From positions 1 to 64,000 of the forward strand of contig QPMI01000513.1 in NCBI GenBank assembly GCA_004431415.1: a stretch of 64,000 bases of DNA. The letters are read 5' to 3'. The first letter of the stretch is position 1. Each line of letters begins with the position of its first letter. Origin of the DNA: Cyanophora paradoxa CCMP329. Taxonomy: Eukaryota > Plantae > Glaucophyta. Shown piece by piece: positions 1 to 10,838 of this stretch. The notes under the pieces were generated by a model. It was not told the DNA's origin and made no database searches. It worked only from the letters and a program-made list of their open reading frames with translations. A program made the position numbers and the translations under genes.

Positions 1-52
1 AAGTTCCAGCCCATTGACGGAAAAACCCATGACGGAATTGTGACGCGTCCGC
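1..52 (+). repeat. Direct repeat copy 1 (AAGTTCCAGCCCAT-GACGGAAAA-CCCATGACGGAA...CGCGTCCGC)
   Basis: Near-identical to 882-930; both contain an internal CCCATGACGGAA duplication and are followed by TCAGGT clusters. Confidence 0.8.
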
Positions 53-164
53 AACCTCCGCAACCTTTCAGGTAAATGTCAGGTAACTTCAGGTTAATTA
101 TTAAGCAAGCGCTAGCAAGCACTAGCTAGATATCACAGCTCTACCTTGCCCAAGTTGATGGTAT

Positions 165-797
165 CTAGCAAGGCCTGTCCTCCAAGTCTGCACCACCGCC
201 GCCTCCCAGCGCTAGCGCTAGCTCGATACCGCCTCCGGCCTTGATCTCCCTTGGCTCCAGCCACCTGAGAGGCTCAGGCCACCTCCTCCTGGTGAAGCCG
301 GTATCGTTGCTCTTGTCCAGCTTGAGGTAGCGGTAGGGCGCCGGCGCCGGCCAGTCCGGCCTGTGGCCGCTTGCCTCCTTGGCTATGTCCTTGGGCCTAC
401 GCGGACGCAGGTCGCCTTGGCCTTCGCCCTCTGCAGGGGGCCCAGCGCCTTGAACTTCGGTGCCTTGGTCGCCGGCAGGGCCTTGGGCTGGGGCTTCTGG
501 GGCTTCTGCGTCTTCACCGCCTTGGGCTTCGGCATCCTTGGCTGCTTCGATTTCGGCCATACTTCTTGCTCATAAATGAGAAAAGCGCCTCAAAGTCTGC
601 CTTTATCTCCTCCTTGGACCAGGATGTCATCTGATCCGGGTCACCTGAGAACGGCGCATCGAACGCCACGTGAGCGATTTGCAGGCCTGGGCAATCATTG
701 GCTCGGGCCATGCCAGCTCGATCAGCTGAAGGTAGATGTTGAGGGCCTTGTCGAGCTTGGCGCCCTGGGAGACCAGCTGGGAGATGGCGGGCTCCAT
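165..797 (-). CDS. Hypothetical viral protein, split by frameshifts
   Basis: ORF pieces 627-797 (MEPAISQL...), 514-630 and 165-560 are collinear. ATTTTCT motif about 19 nt upstream of the ATG at 797. Confidence 0.45.
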
Positions 798-881
798 GGT
801 GGGTAGACTAGCATCAGAAAATGGCGCCAAGTTCGAATCTATTTTTTTAACCGGGAGAGTTTGGGCCCGAGTCCCAGGTCC

Positions 882-930
882 AAGTTCCAGCCCATGACGG
901 AAAACCCATGACGGAATCTTTCGCGTCCGC
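882..930 (+). repeat. Direct repeat copy 2
   Basis: Matches 1-52. Confidence 0.8.
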
Positions 931-2009
931 GTCACTTCTCCCCCCCCCCTCAGGTGAGCGCTCACCTGAACCTCACCTGAACGGCCTCTATAAGCACGCG
1001 GCACGCGGCGTTCCCCTCCCACTCTCAATCTCTCTCAACGCAACCAGCAAGCAACAGGCCCTTGTTGCCCAGTTCTTCGTCGAGGAATACACCGTGCGCG
1101 TGATCGGCGAGCCCATTACCGCGAGGTGGAATTCTCAAAGGACGGCAAAGTAGACGACTGCAAAGACTGCCCCGGTAAGATCCTCCTCATGAAGCTCTCG
1201 ACGATGGCTTCTCCTTCACCCTGGTCTCCTGCGCCAAGACCCAACCGGACAGACGGCCTACATCGTGACCTTCTCCGCGGGCGCCTGAACTGCACGCATG
1301 TTCAAGTACCGAGTGCCTCGTTCTGCGCGGCGATCTCTCCCTCAGGCCGCTCCTCGCCTACACATTCTTTGAGGGTATCAGTGCAAACATCTGGGTCTTG
1401 CGGAGGCAGATGGGCTCCCCCCAGATGAAGTCGATCAGCTGCACCAGCAGTGCGGCTACCCTTTAGCCTTGACGATAGGATGATTTCCTTGATCTGATGC
1501 TCGTATCCCTCTGAAATTGAACGCGTGTTTCTGACTTCGTCTGAAGCTCACCTGACGCGGGGCCTTAAGAGGGGGCACGGGCCTCGGTTCCTCACACTTT
1601 AACCGTAAGCCAACGAGAGAATGTGCGCCCCCAAGTACTTCACCTGCTGCCTGACCTCGGCATCTTCGAGTACGAGGCCATGGAAGAGGATCTGGACGAG
1701 AACGGCGAGATCTGCTTCAACTACTGCAGGCTGCTGCGCAACATCTCGCTGGAGTGCCGCAAGGGCGACTGCTTCCAGCACATCATGCTCAATCCCGCCA
1801 AGACGAGATCACCCTGTACGCCGTCGCCTGCCCAGCGCCAGATTTAGACTCTCGATATTCGCGTAGCCGCGATCGAAGCCCTTCCCCCCCCAGTGAGACG
1901 AATTGAACACGTGTTTTACCTGAATCACCTGAGCGCTCAGCTGAAGTCAGGTGGGGCGCCCTTTAAATATTTTCTAGCGCTAGGCTATCGCACACTAAGC
2001 TCAGACAAC

Positions 2010-2791
2010 ATGGCCACCGTCCGCAACGCCAACGAGATCGACCCCGCCAAGCTCGCCTCGAGATCGACGCCACCGGCCGCATCAAGGCCAAGTACGACGG
2101 CCTGCAGGGCCTCATGATGTACGCGCCGCCCATGGTCACCATCAACCCCTGCATCAACACAGAGCAAGGCAAGGCGTGGAGCGACGAGAAGAAGGCCTTC
2201 GTCATGGAAGAAAACGGCGGATTCTACACGCTGGACCTCACCGATCTCAGCGCCGTCGACGGCCAGACGAACCCCGCCGCGGACGAGTTCCTCAAGCTGC
2301 TCGAGGCCCTGGACGCGAAATTCTGCGAGTTCGTGCAGCAGAACCAGGCCAAGCTCAAGGTCTCGCCCGGCCGCTCCCTCTCCAAGGACCAGATCTCGGT
2401 GCTGCAGACCCCCAGCGTGCGCATCAAGGTCGACAAGGAGTCGGGCCAGGCCTTCTACAAGTACCTCAACATGCGCATCCGCACCCAGACGATGGCGGGC
2501 AAGCGCAAGACCATCCCCGTCGTCGACATGTCCAACTACCTCATCACCGAGCGCGCCACCATCGGCACCGGCGACCTGGTGGCCGCCCTCGTCAAAATCG
2601 ACACCGCCTACGCCATCCCCGAGGGCAAGTTCGGCCTCAAGTGGTCCTTCCTCGCCGTGCAGCAGTGCAAGGTCGGCGCCTTTCGCTTCGCAGGCCGCAC
2701 GCCCGAGCTGGCCTTCAGGCCCTACGACAACGAGGCCAGCTTCGAGCCCTACCTAAACCCCGAGTCTATGTACACAGCCCCCATGCAGTAG
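2010..2791 (+). CDS. ssDNA-binding protein, T7 gp2.5-like/NCLDV OB-fold (N-terminus frameshifted)
   Basis: Starts MATVRNANEIDPAKL. Helix EFLKLLEALDAKFCEFV and C-terminal GDLVAALVKIDTAY...GKFGLKWSFLAVQ are typical of NCLDV SSB/DUF2738-like proteins. Confidence 0.65.
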
Positions 2792-2844
2792 CTCGGACGA
2801 ATAAATTGTGAATTTTTGGTGCAATTGATTACACGCGTTTACAC

Positions 2845-3648
2845 TCAAAGGCCGTTGAACTTGCCGCCCACCGCCTTGGGCTCCGCCGCCGTCGAGGCCG
2901 CCGCCTCCGTCACCTCCTTCATTACCTCCGGGTTCGCGTTCGCCGCGTGCACCGCCAGCACCGTCTGCACAAGGGCCATCCCCAGGCGCGCCTCGGGCCC
3001 CAGGGTCACGTAGCGCGAGTACTTGATCACCAGCTCCTCCAAAATCGGCTGCACCTGGTCCATCGAAGAGAGCGTCGCCTGCCCGAGCCCGTCGAGCTTC
3101 AGGCCGATCGGATCGTACGCCTTGTTCAGGTGCTCCAGCGAGTGCATGCCCGCGATCAGAAAGAGGCGCGCCGCCTCCAGCGAACCCCGCGTGCTCAGCT
3201 CGCGCTGAATCTCCTCGTACTCTTCCTTCAGCTCGTCCAGCGGCGTCGCCAGGCTCAGCTTCTTCGTGGACGTAAGCTCGCCCCCGAACGAGCGCCGGTA
3301 CTGCGCGATCTGCCGCAGAACCTGCTTCTTCTCGTCCACGTCCACCTGCGCCTCGTCCCGCGGCCGCTCCTGCAGGTCGATTCCCAGCGCCTTTTTCACG
3401 CTCTGCTCCTTTTTCTTCGTCATTTCGATGTGCTCCTGCACGCTGAAGCTCGCGCCCTTGCTCGGCGCCGTCGGCGGCACCGCGGGCCCGTCGCCCGGCA
3501 GCGCCATCCTGTCGGCCTTCGGCGCCTTCTCCCCCTTTTCCTTGCCCTCCTTCGCGGGGCGGCCCTTCTTCCGGGGCTGCGGGATTCCCACGGGGTTCGG
3601 CCCGTCCACGGCCAGCGCCTCGAAGCCAAGCATCGCCGAGGGGTCCAT
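2845..3648 (-). CDS. Conserved NCLDV-type protein (DUF5767-like)
   Basis: LEHLNKAYDPIGLKLDGLG...ILEELVIKY...GPEARL resembles the conserved NCLDV motif E.LN..FDP.GLKLDGWS...EL..KY...PE.KL. Confidence 0.6.
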   Translation of the reverse strand: MDPSAMLGFEALAVDGPNPVGIPQPRKKGRPAKEGKEKGEKAPKADRMALPGDGPAVPPTAPSKGASFSVQEHIEMTKKKEQSVKKALGIDLQERPRDEAQVDVDEKKQVLRQIAQYRRSFGGELTSTKKLSLATPLDELKEEYEEIQRELSTRGSLEAARLFLIAGMHSLEHLNKAYDPIGLKLDGLGQATLSSMDQVQPILEELVIKYSRYVTLGPEARLGMALVQTVLAVHAANANPEVMKEVTEAAASTAAEPKAVGGKFNGL

Positions 3649-3677
3649 CCTTTACGCCTGCCCCTTAGAAATATTTT

Positions 3678-4007
3678 TTACTCCGAGGTCAGCTCAACGA
3701 AGAGCTCGACGTACAGCCACAGCTTCTCGCGCAGCTCCGGCCCGCTGCCGTAGAAGAGCGAGCGCACGGCCGAGGCGTACTCCTGCGGCAGCCTCTCGAA
3801 AACCGAGTCGTCCTTCGCCTTGATTAATTCCGCCTCCGCGTTGATGTGCCTCCTGAACAGAACGATGACCGCCGTGGCCCCTATGCCGCGCAGCGACTGG
3901 ATCTGCGCCCGCACCCCGTGCTCCTTGGCCTCCGGCTCCAGCAGGTCGAGGAAGCGGCCCCAGCGCGCCTCGATCTGCTCGCCCAGCGTCGCCTCCGTCG
4001 CTGCCAT
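3678..4007 (-). CDS. Hypothetical protein
   Basis: 109-aa ORF in the gene string; TAATTTCT motif upstream. Confidence 0.6.
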   Translation of the reverse strand: MAATEATLGEQIEARWGRFLDLLEPEAKEHGVRAQIQSLRGIGATAVIVLFRRHINAEAELIKAKDDSVFERLPQEYASAVRSLFYGSGPELREKLWLYVELFVELTSE

Positions 4008-4029
4008 GTGCTCGCGTGGGCCTCAGAAA

Positions 4030-5152
4030 TTACTGACCGGGTCGGAGGGCCCGGGCTGCTAGGTCGTACATCTCCGCCTTCCGGGCGTTCGTTTCCGCGA
4101 GCATGGTAATCTGACTGTTCTCCGTGTTCCGGACGAGGGCCTGGAAGGCTGTCTGAATTGCAGTCTGCGATGCTTCGGACATACGGCCACCGTCCCTTTG
4201 CACGGAGCGCTTCCATGCGTCCTTTCTCGAACGGCGTGGCAAGCTGGTTGCTCTGCAGCGCAGGGAGCGGGTTGACGACGCGGGGCAGCAGGTTCTGGTC
4301 CGCGTAAGGCGTGGCCGTGGGCAGGGCCGGGCCGCGCGTCCCCGGCTGATCGAGGAGCATGGCCCCGAACGGATTGCCCCGGCTGAAGTCCACGTCGTTG
4401 CGCCCGTAGGGCTTGTTGACGGCGCTGCTGATGTTGGCCGTCTGCGCGTTGAACATGGGCGAGAGGTCGGGGGTGTAGCCCGCGCGCAGCCCCTGCGGGT
4501 TCGCAGCCGTCTGCCCGTAGCGACCGGCCGGCCCGAGCAGGTTCTCCTTCTCGATCTCTTCCATCGTCTTGATCCAGCCGCGCTCGCGCGCCCACTTCAT
4601 GACGAGATCGTCGTAGTTCATCGGGAAGAAAACCTTCTGGTATTTATCGAAGCGCTGAATTTCGATATCCTGCTCGATCATGTTCGTAATTCGCTCCAGC
4701 AGCTCGGGGTAATATTCCTCGAGCATTTTGGCGACGCCCGGCTGCTTCAGGTCGAAGGCCGTCATCGCCCACTGGTCGAAATCGCGAATCATGATTTCCT
4801 TCCGCAGGCTGAACGCGTTCTCCACATCCTCCTCGTTGATCGTGCGGCCGGGGTTCGCGTTCTGCAGCTGCTGTCGGATGCCCATGCGCATCAGCTTCTC
4901 CATCGAGGGCGTGTACTTCATCGCGGGCAGGGTCTTCGTTTCCCCCCCGCTGAGCCCCAGGCCCCGCGCCTTATCCTCGGGCGTGTAGATGTCCGCCTTC
5001 GTCCCATCTACGACGGGCACCTCGGGCATAATCGTGCCCGGAAGGAACTTGTTCACGATGCCGTCCATGTCGGCCTTCAGGTCGTTCTTCAGCGACTGGC
5101 GCTGCTTCTTAGAGCCCTCCCCAATGTCCATCATAGAGTGGCCCTTCGTCAT
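4030..5152 (-). CDS. Hypothetical virion-associated protein (probable frameshift near 4200)
   Basis: The long ORF joins the 4030-4242 frame, whose TAA overlaps the next gene's TAATTTCT motif. Lies directly downstream of the MCP. Confidence 0.55.
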
Positions 5153-5231
5153 CGCGCCTCGGTTAGGATCCCAGTGGGAAAATTTATTGGTTCACATCGG
5201 CCTACCAAGCACACCCTGGCTAACAAGCAAT

Positions 5232-6602
5232 CTAATGGAAGCGGCGGTAGGCGCCGCCGTTGGTGAAGGTGATCTCGTTGTAGTAGCGGCAGTAGATGTC
5301 GGCCACGGGCTTGTCCGTGCCGTAGGTCTTGAGCGTGGTGAGCGTGAGCTCGATGGTCTTGAAGGCGCCCATGTCGAGGCCGCCGAACATCTTGGTGTTG
5401 TCGGCCACGTCCGTGCCGAAGGGGAGCGAGTAGATGAACTCCGTCCCGAACTGGCCCACGTTGCGGGGCTGGATGTCGCTGCTGTGCCCGTCGTGGGTCG
5501 CAAGGGTCGTGGGGGCCGTGTCGTTGCCCGACCACGGGTGCGGGTGCAGCGCGTCGGCCACGTCGGCCGCTGCCGTCCCGTCCATCGAGGTCACGCCCCG
5601 CAGCAGCTCGAGGTGCTTGCGGGCGGGGGCGTGCGTGTGCTCCTTGTGCGCGATGGCCGTGCGCAAAAAGTGCGCGTCGTGGTTCGAGCTATCGAGCACC
5701 TTGATGTTGTCGCACTTCAGCTCGATCTTGTCGAGCGGGCGGAAGCGCCAGAAGTGCTCGCCGTTGTCGGTGTGCGGCTTGTCGCGCACCACGATGATCA
5801 GCTCGTAGCAGATTCCGGTGAAGGGCAGGCGGATGGCCTTGCCGGACTCGAACGAGACGTGGTAGTGCTGCACGTACTTGCCGGCCCACGTGAACGAGTT
5901 CGGGTGCAGCGCCAGCTCGCGCGAGTCGATGTGCACGTAGCGCAGGATGAGCTTGGTGTCCAGGCTGACGGTGCTCGTCAGGTTGGTGTTGGTGTGCAGG
6001 CCGCCGTCCACGTACGAGGCCGTGATCTCCTTCTGCGAGGCGTACGTGATCTGCAGCTTCATGTCGTTTCCGGAGCAGCGGAGCTTGTGGAGAGGCACGG
6101 CGAACTTTCGACCGTGGCCCGTCGCGATGCGAATCGGTATGTACAGCGTGTTCGAGGCCTTGCCCCGGCGGCGCAGCGGCTGGTGCGCCCAGAGGTTGTT
6201 CACCATGTCGACGTGCTGGACGACGGACTTGTCGTCCTCGAACTCGCCGTAGATGGCGTCGTAATGGCCGTCGTACTCGTGGATCAGCTGCGCGCCCACG
6301 AAGATCTTCACCTTCTTGAGCAGCACGTAGCCGGCCTTCGGGATGTAGAAGTGGTCCGCGTTCGTCAGCGCCGGCAGCGTCACCTTGAGCCAGGAGTCGT
6401 TGAACATCGGCGCCGAGTGCGGGATGACGATGTCGACGGTCTGGGCGAAGCTCACGCCCGACTGCACGGGGCTCACCTCGAGCACCTCGTCCACGAACGG
6501 CATCGCCGTGTCGAAGGTCTCGTGCACGTGCACCGACGCATCGGAGCTGCGCAGCGAGTGGTGCAGGGCGGTCGTGGGGGTGGAGATGAGCGCGGAAGCC
6601 AT
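5232..6602 (-). CDS. Major capsid protein, NCLDV-type double jelly-roll
   Basis: SFAQTVDIVIP...WLKVTLPAL...GYVLLKKVKIFVGAQLIHEYDG, LYIPI, and C-terminal GGLDM...IYCRYYNEITFTNGG match the NCLDV MCP pattern; 456 aa. Confidence 0.85.
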   Translation of the reverse strand: MASALISTPTTALHHSLRSSDASVHVHETFDTAMPFVDEVLEVSPVQSGVSFAQTVDIVIPHSAPMFNDSWLKVTLPALTNADHFYIPKAGYVLLKKVKIFVGAQLIHEYDGHYDAIYGEFEDDKSVVQHVDMVNNLWAHQPLRRRGKASNTLYIPIRIATGHGRKFAVPLHKLRCSGNDMKLQITYASQKEITASYVDGGLHTNTNLTSTVSLDTKLILRYVHIDSRELALHPNSFTWAGKYVQHYHVSFESGKAIRLPFTGICYELIIVVRDKPHTDNGEHFWRFRPLDKIELKCDNIKVLDSSNHDAHFLRTAIAHKEHTHAPARKHLELLRGVTSMDGTAAADVADALHPHPWSGNDTAPTTLATHDGHSSDIQPRNVGQFGTEFIYSLPFGTDVADNTKMFGGLDMGAFKTIELTLTTLKTYGTDKPVADIYCRYYNEITFTNGGAYRRFH

Positions 6603-6644
6603 GGTGGTTTAGGGGTGCGTTGAGAAAATTTTTTGGGTGGACGC

Positions 6645-6908
6645 CTACGTTATTAGAGGGCGCGTCCCCCGTCTCGCTAGGTCCGCGTCGTACGCCTTCT
6701 TGCGGAGTGCGTCCGTGATCGCAGACCAGTCGCGTGTGCCGTTAAGATAACCCAGGGCAAGTCCTTGGCCCAACATGAAGTAACGCTCTGGATCCAAGTT
6801 CATGAGTTGCTGGGCCCGCTCCTCTACGCGCCGCACACGCTCCATAAAGGGGCCCTTTGCCGCAGATCCGAGCGGGTCCGCTTCTCGCTCAGCTTCGAAG
6901 AATTTCAC
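6645..6908 (-). CDS. Small hypothetical protein
   Basis: 87-aa ORF overlapping the stop of its neighbour by 4 nt. Confidence 0.45.
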   Translation of the reverse strand: MKFFEAEREADPLGSAAKGPFMERVRRVEERAQQLMNLDPERYFMLGQGLALGYLNGTRDWSAITDALRKKAYDADLARRGTRPLIT

Positions 6909-7090
6909 GACATCCCGCCCAGGTCCGAAATATCACGGTGCTGCTCTGCTATCCGTGCCTGTGCCTTGTTGACTCCAGCTGCCTGGGCATGGGCTATCGA
7001 TGCCAGTTGGTTGTAATCGATTTCTTCTGCAAGGTATTTCGCAACGGCGGCGTCCCCTGCAGCGCGCGCGATTTCGGGCGATACGCTCAC
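6905..7090 (-). CDS. Small hypothetical protein
   Basis: 61-aa ORF coupled to its neighbours by 4-nt overlaps. Confidence 0.4.
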   Translation of the reverse strand: MSVSPEIARAAGDAAVAKYLAEEIDYNQLASIAHAQAAGVNKAQARIAEQHRDISDLGGMS

Positions 7091-8888
7091 AAGGAATCCC
7101 TCCGGCGAGCCCGATTGGCCGCGCGCTCCGCTTCCGTCTCCTCGTCCATGGGATCGTCTGGACTGGCTGGATTGCCTGGAGCACCGGAGCGAAGTTTCTT
7201 CAGCAGCCCCGCACGGCGAGCTTCTGTCGCCTCTTTCACCTTCTTGGCGGCCAGTTCAAGCGCATCGTTTACGTCCATGGTCGCATACCCGGGTCTCCGC
7301 CCCATATCCTTGTACGCGGCCCTGCGCTTGTCCATGGCTTCCTTCTCGCGCGGGGACGAGGGGGCGATTTCTATCCCCGCGTTTGCGAGTTGAGCCTGGA
7401 CGGCGACGGGCACCTGCTCGATCACGGCCCTTGCCGCTGCAACGGCCACCGCCTCGGCCGCCACCACCTCTGGCGGGCGCGAGGGCCCCGCCTGCGGCTC
7501 GGGTGGCGGCGGGGGCGGCGGTGGGGGTGGAAGCGGGGGCTGCTGCTCCGCTGGGGGCGCCGACGGCCGGGCCACCGTGTCCGGGGGCTGCGAGGGGCCG
7601 GGCTGCGGCTGCAGCGGTGGCGTCTTCGGCCCGGGGGGCGGAGGCGGCGGAGGCGGAGGCCCCGGAGGCGGGGCCCCCCCTTCGTCGTCGGAGTCTGACT
7701 CGATCATTTCGTCTCTGGGTTCCTTGGATGGCAGGGCCTTCTGAATGAGGGCCTCGCGCGCGCCCTTGCCCGCCTTGATTGCTCTGCCCATGGCCGCCTC
7801 CGGGAAACTGGCCTCGATGGCCTCGTTGTCCCCGTCCGTGATGCGCACCTTCTGCTCGCGGCGGGCCTTGATGTACTTTTCCTTGTCCATCCGCTTCTTC
7901 GCCCGCCGCCTCTCCCTGAGCACGTCGCGCTGGCGGCTCTCGTCCGGCCCCGGCCCCTCGCTGTCCGAGCTCGAGGGCGGCTCGGCCTGGGCGAAGGGCT
8001 GGCGCGTGTTGCGGTTCGCGTAGTCGGGGTCGTACCTCCCTCCGATCAGCTCCTCGGGCTTCTTGTTCTCGCGCGCGTAGATGCTCGTGGGCTTGAACTC
8101 CTCGCCGTTGATGATGTACTTGTAGTAGTAGTACGCGTCCTCGAGGTTCATCGGCCCCAGCGTCTCGAGGCGCTTCTTGCGCTTCAGGAATTCGGTGATC
8201 TGATCCTCCTTCGACTTGCAGAACTCCCGCACGCCCGGCAGCACCGTCAGGTTCTTGCCGTCCACGTCACAGGCGCCCGCCCCCTTGGCCTTCAGGTTCG
8301 CGGTGAAGGCCGACTGGCCCATCAGCCAGGCGCGGAAGCCCTCCTCGTACTCCTCGTCGAGGCTCGACTCCATCTGCTGGAACTTGTTGATGTAGTAGGC
8401 GTTGGCGATGGCCTGCGCCTCCACCTCGGCGAGCTTGTCCGATTGATCGCGCTCCTCGAACCGAATTTCCGGCGTGGCCCTCGCCAGCGCCGTCTTCATC
8501 AGCTGCTGAAAGTGTGCGTACTTGTCGCTCTCGAAGGGCGTGATGTGCGAGTCCCCGCCCCCCGGGATCGCGAGCACGTTGCGCGGCGCGAAACGCGAGG
8601 CGAGCCCCCTCATTTGCACTTCTTAGGAGCCGGCTTTGAAATTTTATCGGTCTTGGCCTTGTCTTCCTTCCCGTCCTTCTTCTCGGCCCCCTTCTTCCCC
8701 TGCTTCGTCGGGCGCATCGCCACGAATATTTCGCCGGGCGAGACGTCCTCGTACAGCGGCTTCGGTCCCTTAGGAAATTCGGGCGGGCCCTTCAGCTTCT
8801 CCTTCGCCTCCTTCACCTCCGCCTTGGTGGGCCGCTCCTGCCCGTTCGTGGGCGCCTTTTTCGCGGGCTTCTTCTGCGCCTCCGGCAT
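7087..8888 (-). CDS. Lys-rich N-terminus / Pro-rich hypothetical protein (ORFs 8610-8888 and 7087-8619 probably one gene)
   Basis: A single shift near 8620 joins KPAPKK to QMRGLASRF. TTTTTCT motif upstream of 8888. Poly-Pro tracts. Confidence 0.6.
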
Positions 8889-8890
8889 GT

Positions 8891-9229
8891 TTACCCATCA
8901 CCAGAAAAATATGGGTTGGCGCCCCCGTACGTCTCGGGGAACTGCCTCTCCCACCTGCGCATGGCCGCGTCCCTCTGGTCGTCGAAGCTACGGTAGGCCG
9001 CGGCCCTCTGCCCCATCACGATTTGCCAGAGCCGTGCACGGACCTCGTCCTGCAGTCTGTACACCCAATCGCGAATGTTCTCGACGATATCCGTCGGCAG
9101 CGTGGCCAACCCCGCCTTGATCTCGGGTACATCCGTGGGATCCTCTTCGAGCGTAAGCTTCTGCATGCGAGCGCGCAGCATCTCAATTTGCGTATCGATT
9201 GGGGCCCAATAAGGGATAGATCGAGACAT
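8891..9229 (-). CDS. Hypothetical protein
   Basis: 112-aa ORF with TTATTTCT upstream. Confidence 0.55.
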   Translation of the reverse strand: MSRSIPYWAPIDTQIEMLRARMQKLTLEEDPTDVPEIKAGLATLPTDIVENIRDWVYRLQDEVRARLWQIVMGQRAAAYRSFDDQRDAAMRRWERQFPETYGGANPYFSGDG

Positions 9230-9241
9230 CGGGGTACGGGG

Positions 9242-9505
9242 TCACTGAGAAATAACACTGGGTCGGAAGAGGAGGTACCCCACCAGGATCCCCGCTATAA
9301 TCCAGAGGGGCGACCAGTCGCGCTCCGCCGGCGCGCCCCCCGGCGTCACCATCAGCTGCCCCGCCCCGGGCCTGCGCAGGCCGTGCGTGCGGTGGTCCGC
9401 CCAGTGCGGGCGCGGGAACTGCTCCTGCGGCATGCGCTCGGGGTAGACGCCGTCGAATCGGTTCTGCATTTGGTACATGTCCCTATCGAACAGCAGGGAG
9501 GCCAT
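9242..9505 (-). CDS. Small membrane protein
   Basis: C-terminal hydrophobic segment PLWIIAGILVGYLLF. Confidence 0.6.
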   Translation of the reverse strand: MASLLFDRDMYQMQNRFDGVYPERMPQEQFPRPHWADHRTHGLRRPGAGQLMVTPGGAPAERDWSPLWIIAGILVGYLLFRPSVISQ

Positions 9506-9727
9506 TTCTCAATTTGGGGAGGGACTTAGAAATACTGCCCGTGAGCTCCCTGTCGCGGATCCTGCGAAAATCCGCGAAGAGCCCGCGCGCGCAGCGCCTG
9601 CAGACGAGGCGGGCCCGCCCGCCCACGCGCGCCACCGAGATCTCGTGGCCGAACTGCAGGTGGCCCGGGAAGCAGGTGGGGGGGTAGTCGCAGACGAAGC
9701 AGTGAACTGGGCAGTTGCGCCGCCGGA

Positions 9728-10123
9728 TCACATCTGAATTGCAATCGCGGGCTCGCTCGCCGCCTTCCTCGGCGCGCGCTGGCGCTTGGGCTGGGCCTCG
9801 AGCGGGCTCGGGTCGCCCTCCGCGGGGGCCGCCTTGGCCTTCTGCCGGGGCGCCGCGGGGGGCTTCGGGGCCGTAGGGGCTGCCGGTGCCTGGCTCGAGC
9901 CGGCGGCCGGGCCAGCGGCGTCGGTCACCTGCGGGCGCTGCGGCGGCGGGCTGGTCTCCCGGGCCCCCTCCTCGAGGACCCGGCGCATGAAGCGCGAGAC
10001 GCGGCCGCTGCATTGCGTGCAGGAGCCGACGGCCACCTGGCGGTTGTTCTTGCTGGTACGCACCTCGACGTTGGCGAGCTTGGTGTTGGAGCGGCACTTG
10101 AAGCAGTAGTGGGCGTGCTCCAT
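9728..10123 (-). CDS. DUF5679-like zinc-ribbon protein with basic low-complexity tail
   Basis: YCFKCR...KNNRQVAVGSCTQCSGRVSRF. Confidence 0.7.
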   Translation of the reverse strand: MEHAHYCFKCRSNTKLANVEVRTSKNNRQVAVGSCTQCSGRVSRFMRRVLEEGARETSPPPQRPQVTDAAGPAAGSSQAPAAPTAPKPPAAPRQKAKAAPAEGDPSPLEAQPKRQRAPRKAASEPAIAIQM

Positions 10124-10132
10124 GGGATCTAG

Positions 10133-10318
10133 CTACGGGTGTAGACAGCCTTCAGAAAAAAGTGCGTAGTAGCGGACGGCGCACCGGGCGCAGCAGACGT
10201 ACACGCCCGCCTTGAGCACCCAGCCGCGCTTGGTCTGGGGCAGGCGGCAGATTTCGCAGCAGAGGGGCCTCGGCTTACGGCATGACGATCCCATCTGCGG
10301 GCCCTCCAGAAATCGCAA
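10133..10318 (-). CDS. Small zinc-finger protein
   Basis: CEIC...CARC pairs. Confidence 0.4.
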   Translation of the reverse strand: MRFLEGPQMGSSCRKPRPLCCEICRLPQTKRGWVLKAGVYVCCARCAVRYYALFSEGCLHP

Positions 10319-10324
10319 CGGGAA

Positions 10325-10801
10325 TCACAGCGGATTGAGCGCGGCGTAGAGGGCGATCAGGTAGGCGTCGCAGAGGTCGTCGAGCTTGCCGTTTCGATCC
10401 GCGATGTCGGCGAGCTCGGCGGGTACGAGGTCGCGGCACTTGTCGACCGCGCCCCGCTTGCGCTCCTTGTAGCTCGGGTTCGAGATCTTGAAGAAGTGCT
10501 TGATGGCGCGCGGGCTCACGATCCGCGCACGCCCGTACAGCAGGGCGTGGAGCGTGCACTCGATGCAGCGATTGATTCCCGTCCTCTGGCCCTCGATCGC
10601 GATCTGGTCGGGAAGGCCGAAGGCGCTATGGCCGCGAGTAACCTCCACCAGGCGCGCCACAAGGCGGCCACAGCAGCGCGCAGACGGGAAGAGGGCGATC
10701 TTCTGCCAGTCGAGAATCTGGGATTCCTTTGTCTGCGGATCGAATTCGATGAGGCACCATGCGAAATTGATGACCCCCACATCCACGCCGAGGATCTTCA
10801 T
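10325..10801 (-). CDS. Holliday junction resolvase, poxvirus A22/RuvC family
   Basis: MKILGVDVGVINFAWC, IAIEGQ and KLDDLCDAYLIA give the D-E-D-D catalytic set. ATG at 10801 has ATTTTCT upstream. Confidence 0.9.
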   Translation of the reverse strand: MKILGVDVGVINFAWCLIEFDPQTKESQILDWQKIALFPSARCCGRLVARLVEVTRGHSAFGLPDQIAIEGQRTGINRCIECTLHALLYGRARIVSPRAIKHFFKISNPSYKERKRGAVDKCRDLVPAELADIADRNGKLDDLCDAYLIALYAALNPL

Positions 10802-10838
10802 CCCAGGGTCGCAAGAAAATCTGAATGAAGGGGGTAAT

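Noticed and set aside
1000-1870. Fragmentary ORFs with Cys motifs (possible SWIM or VLTF2-like zinc finger)
   Set aside because: Too many frame breaks to reconstruct or assign.
4989-6623. 544-aa + strand ORF, and similar long ORFs antisense to or overlapping real genes (e.g. 2947-3753, 13622-14575, 15057-15773, 19584-20267)
   Set aside because: Shadow ORFs caused by high GC3 on the opposite strand; no motifs or upstream signal.
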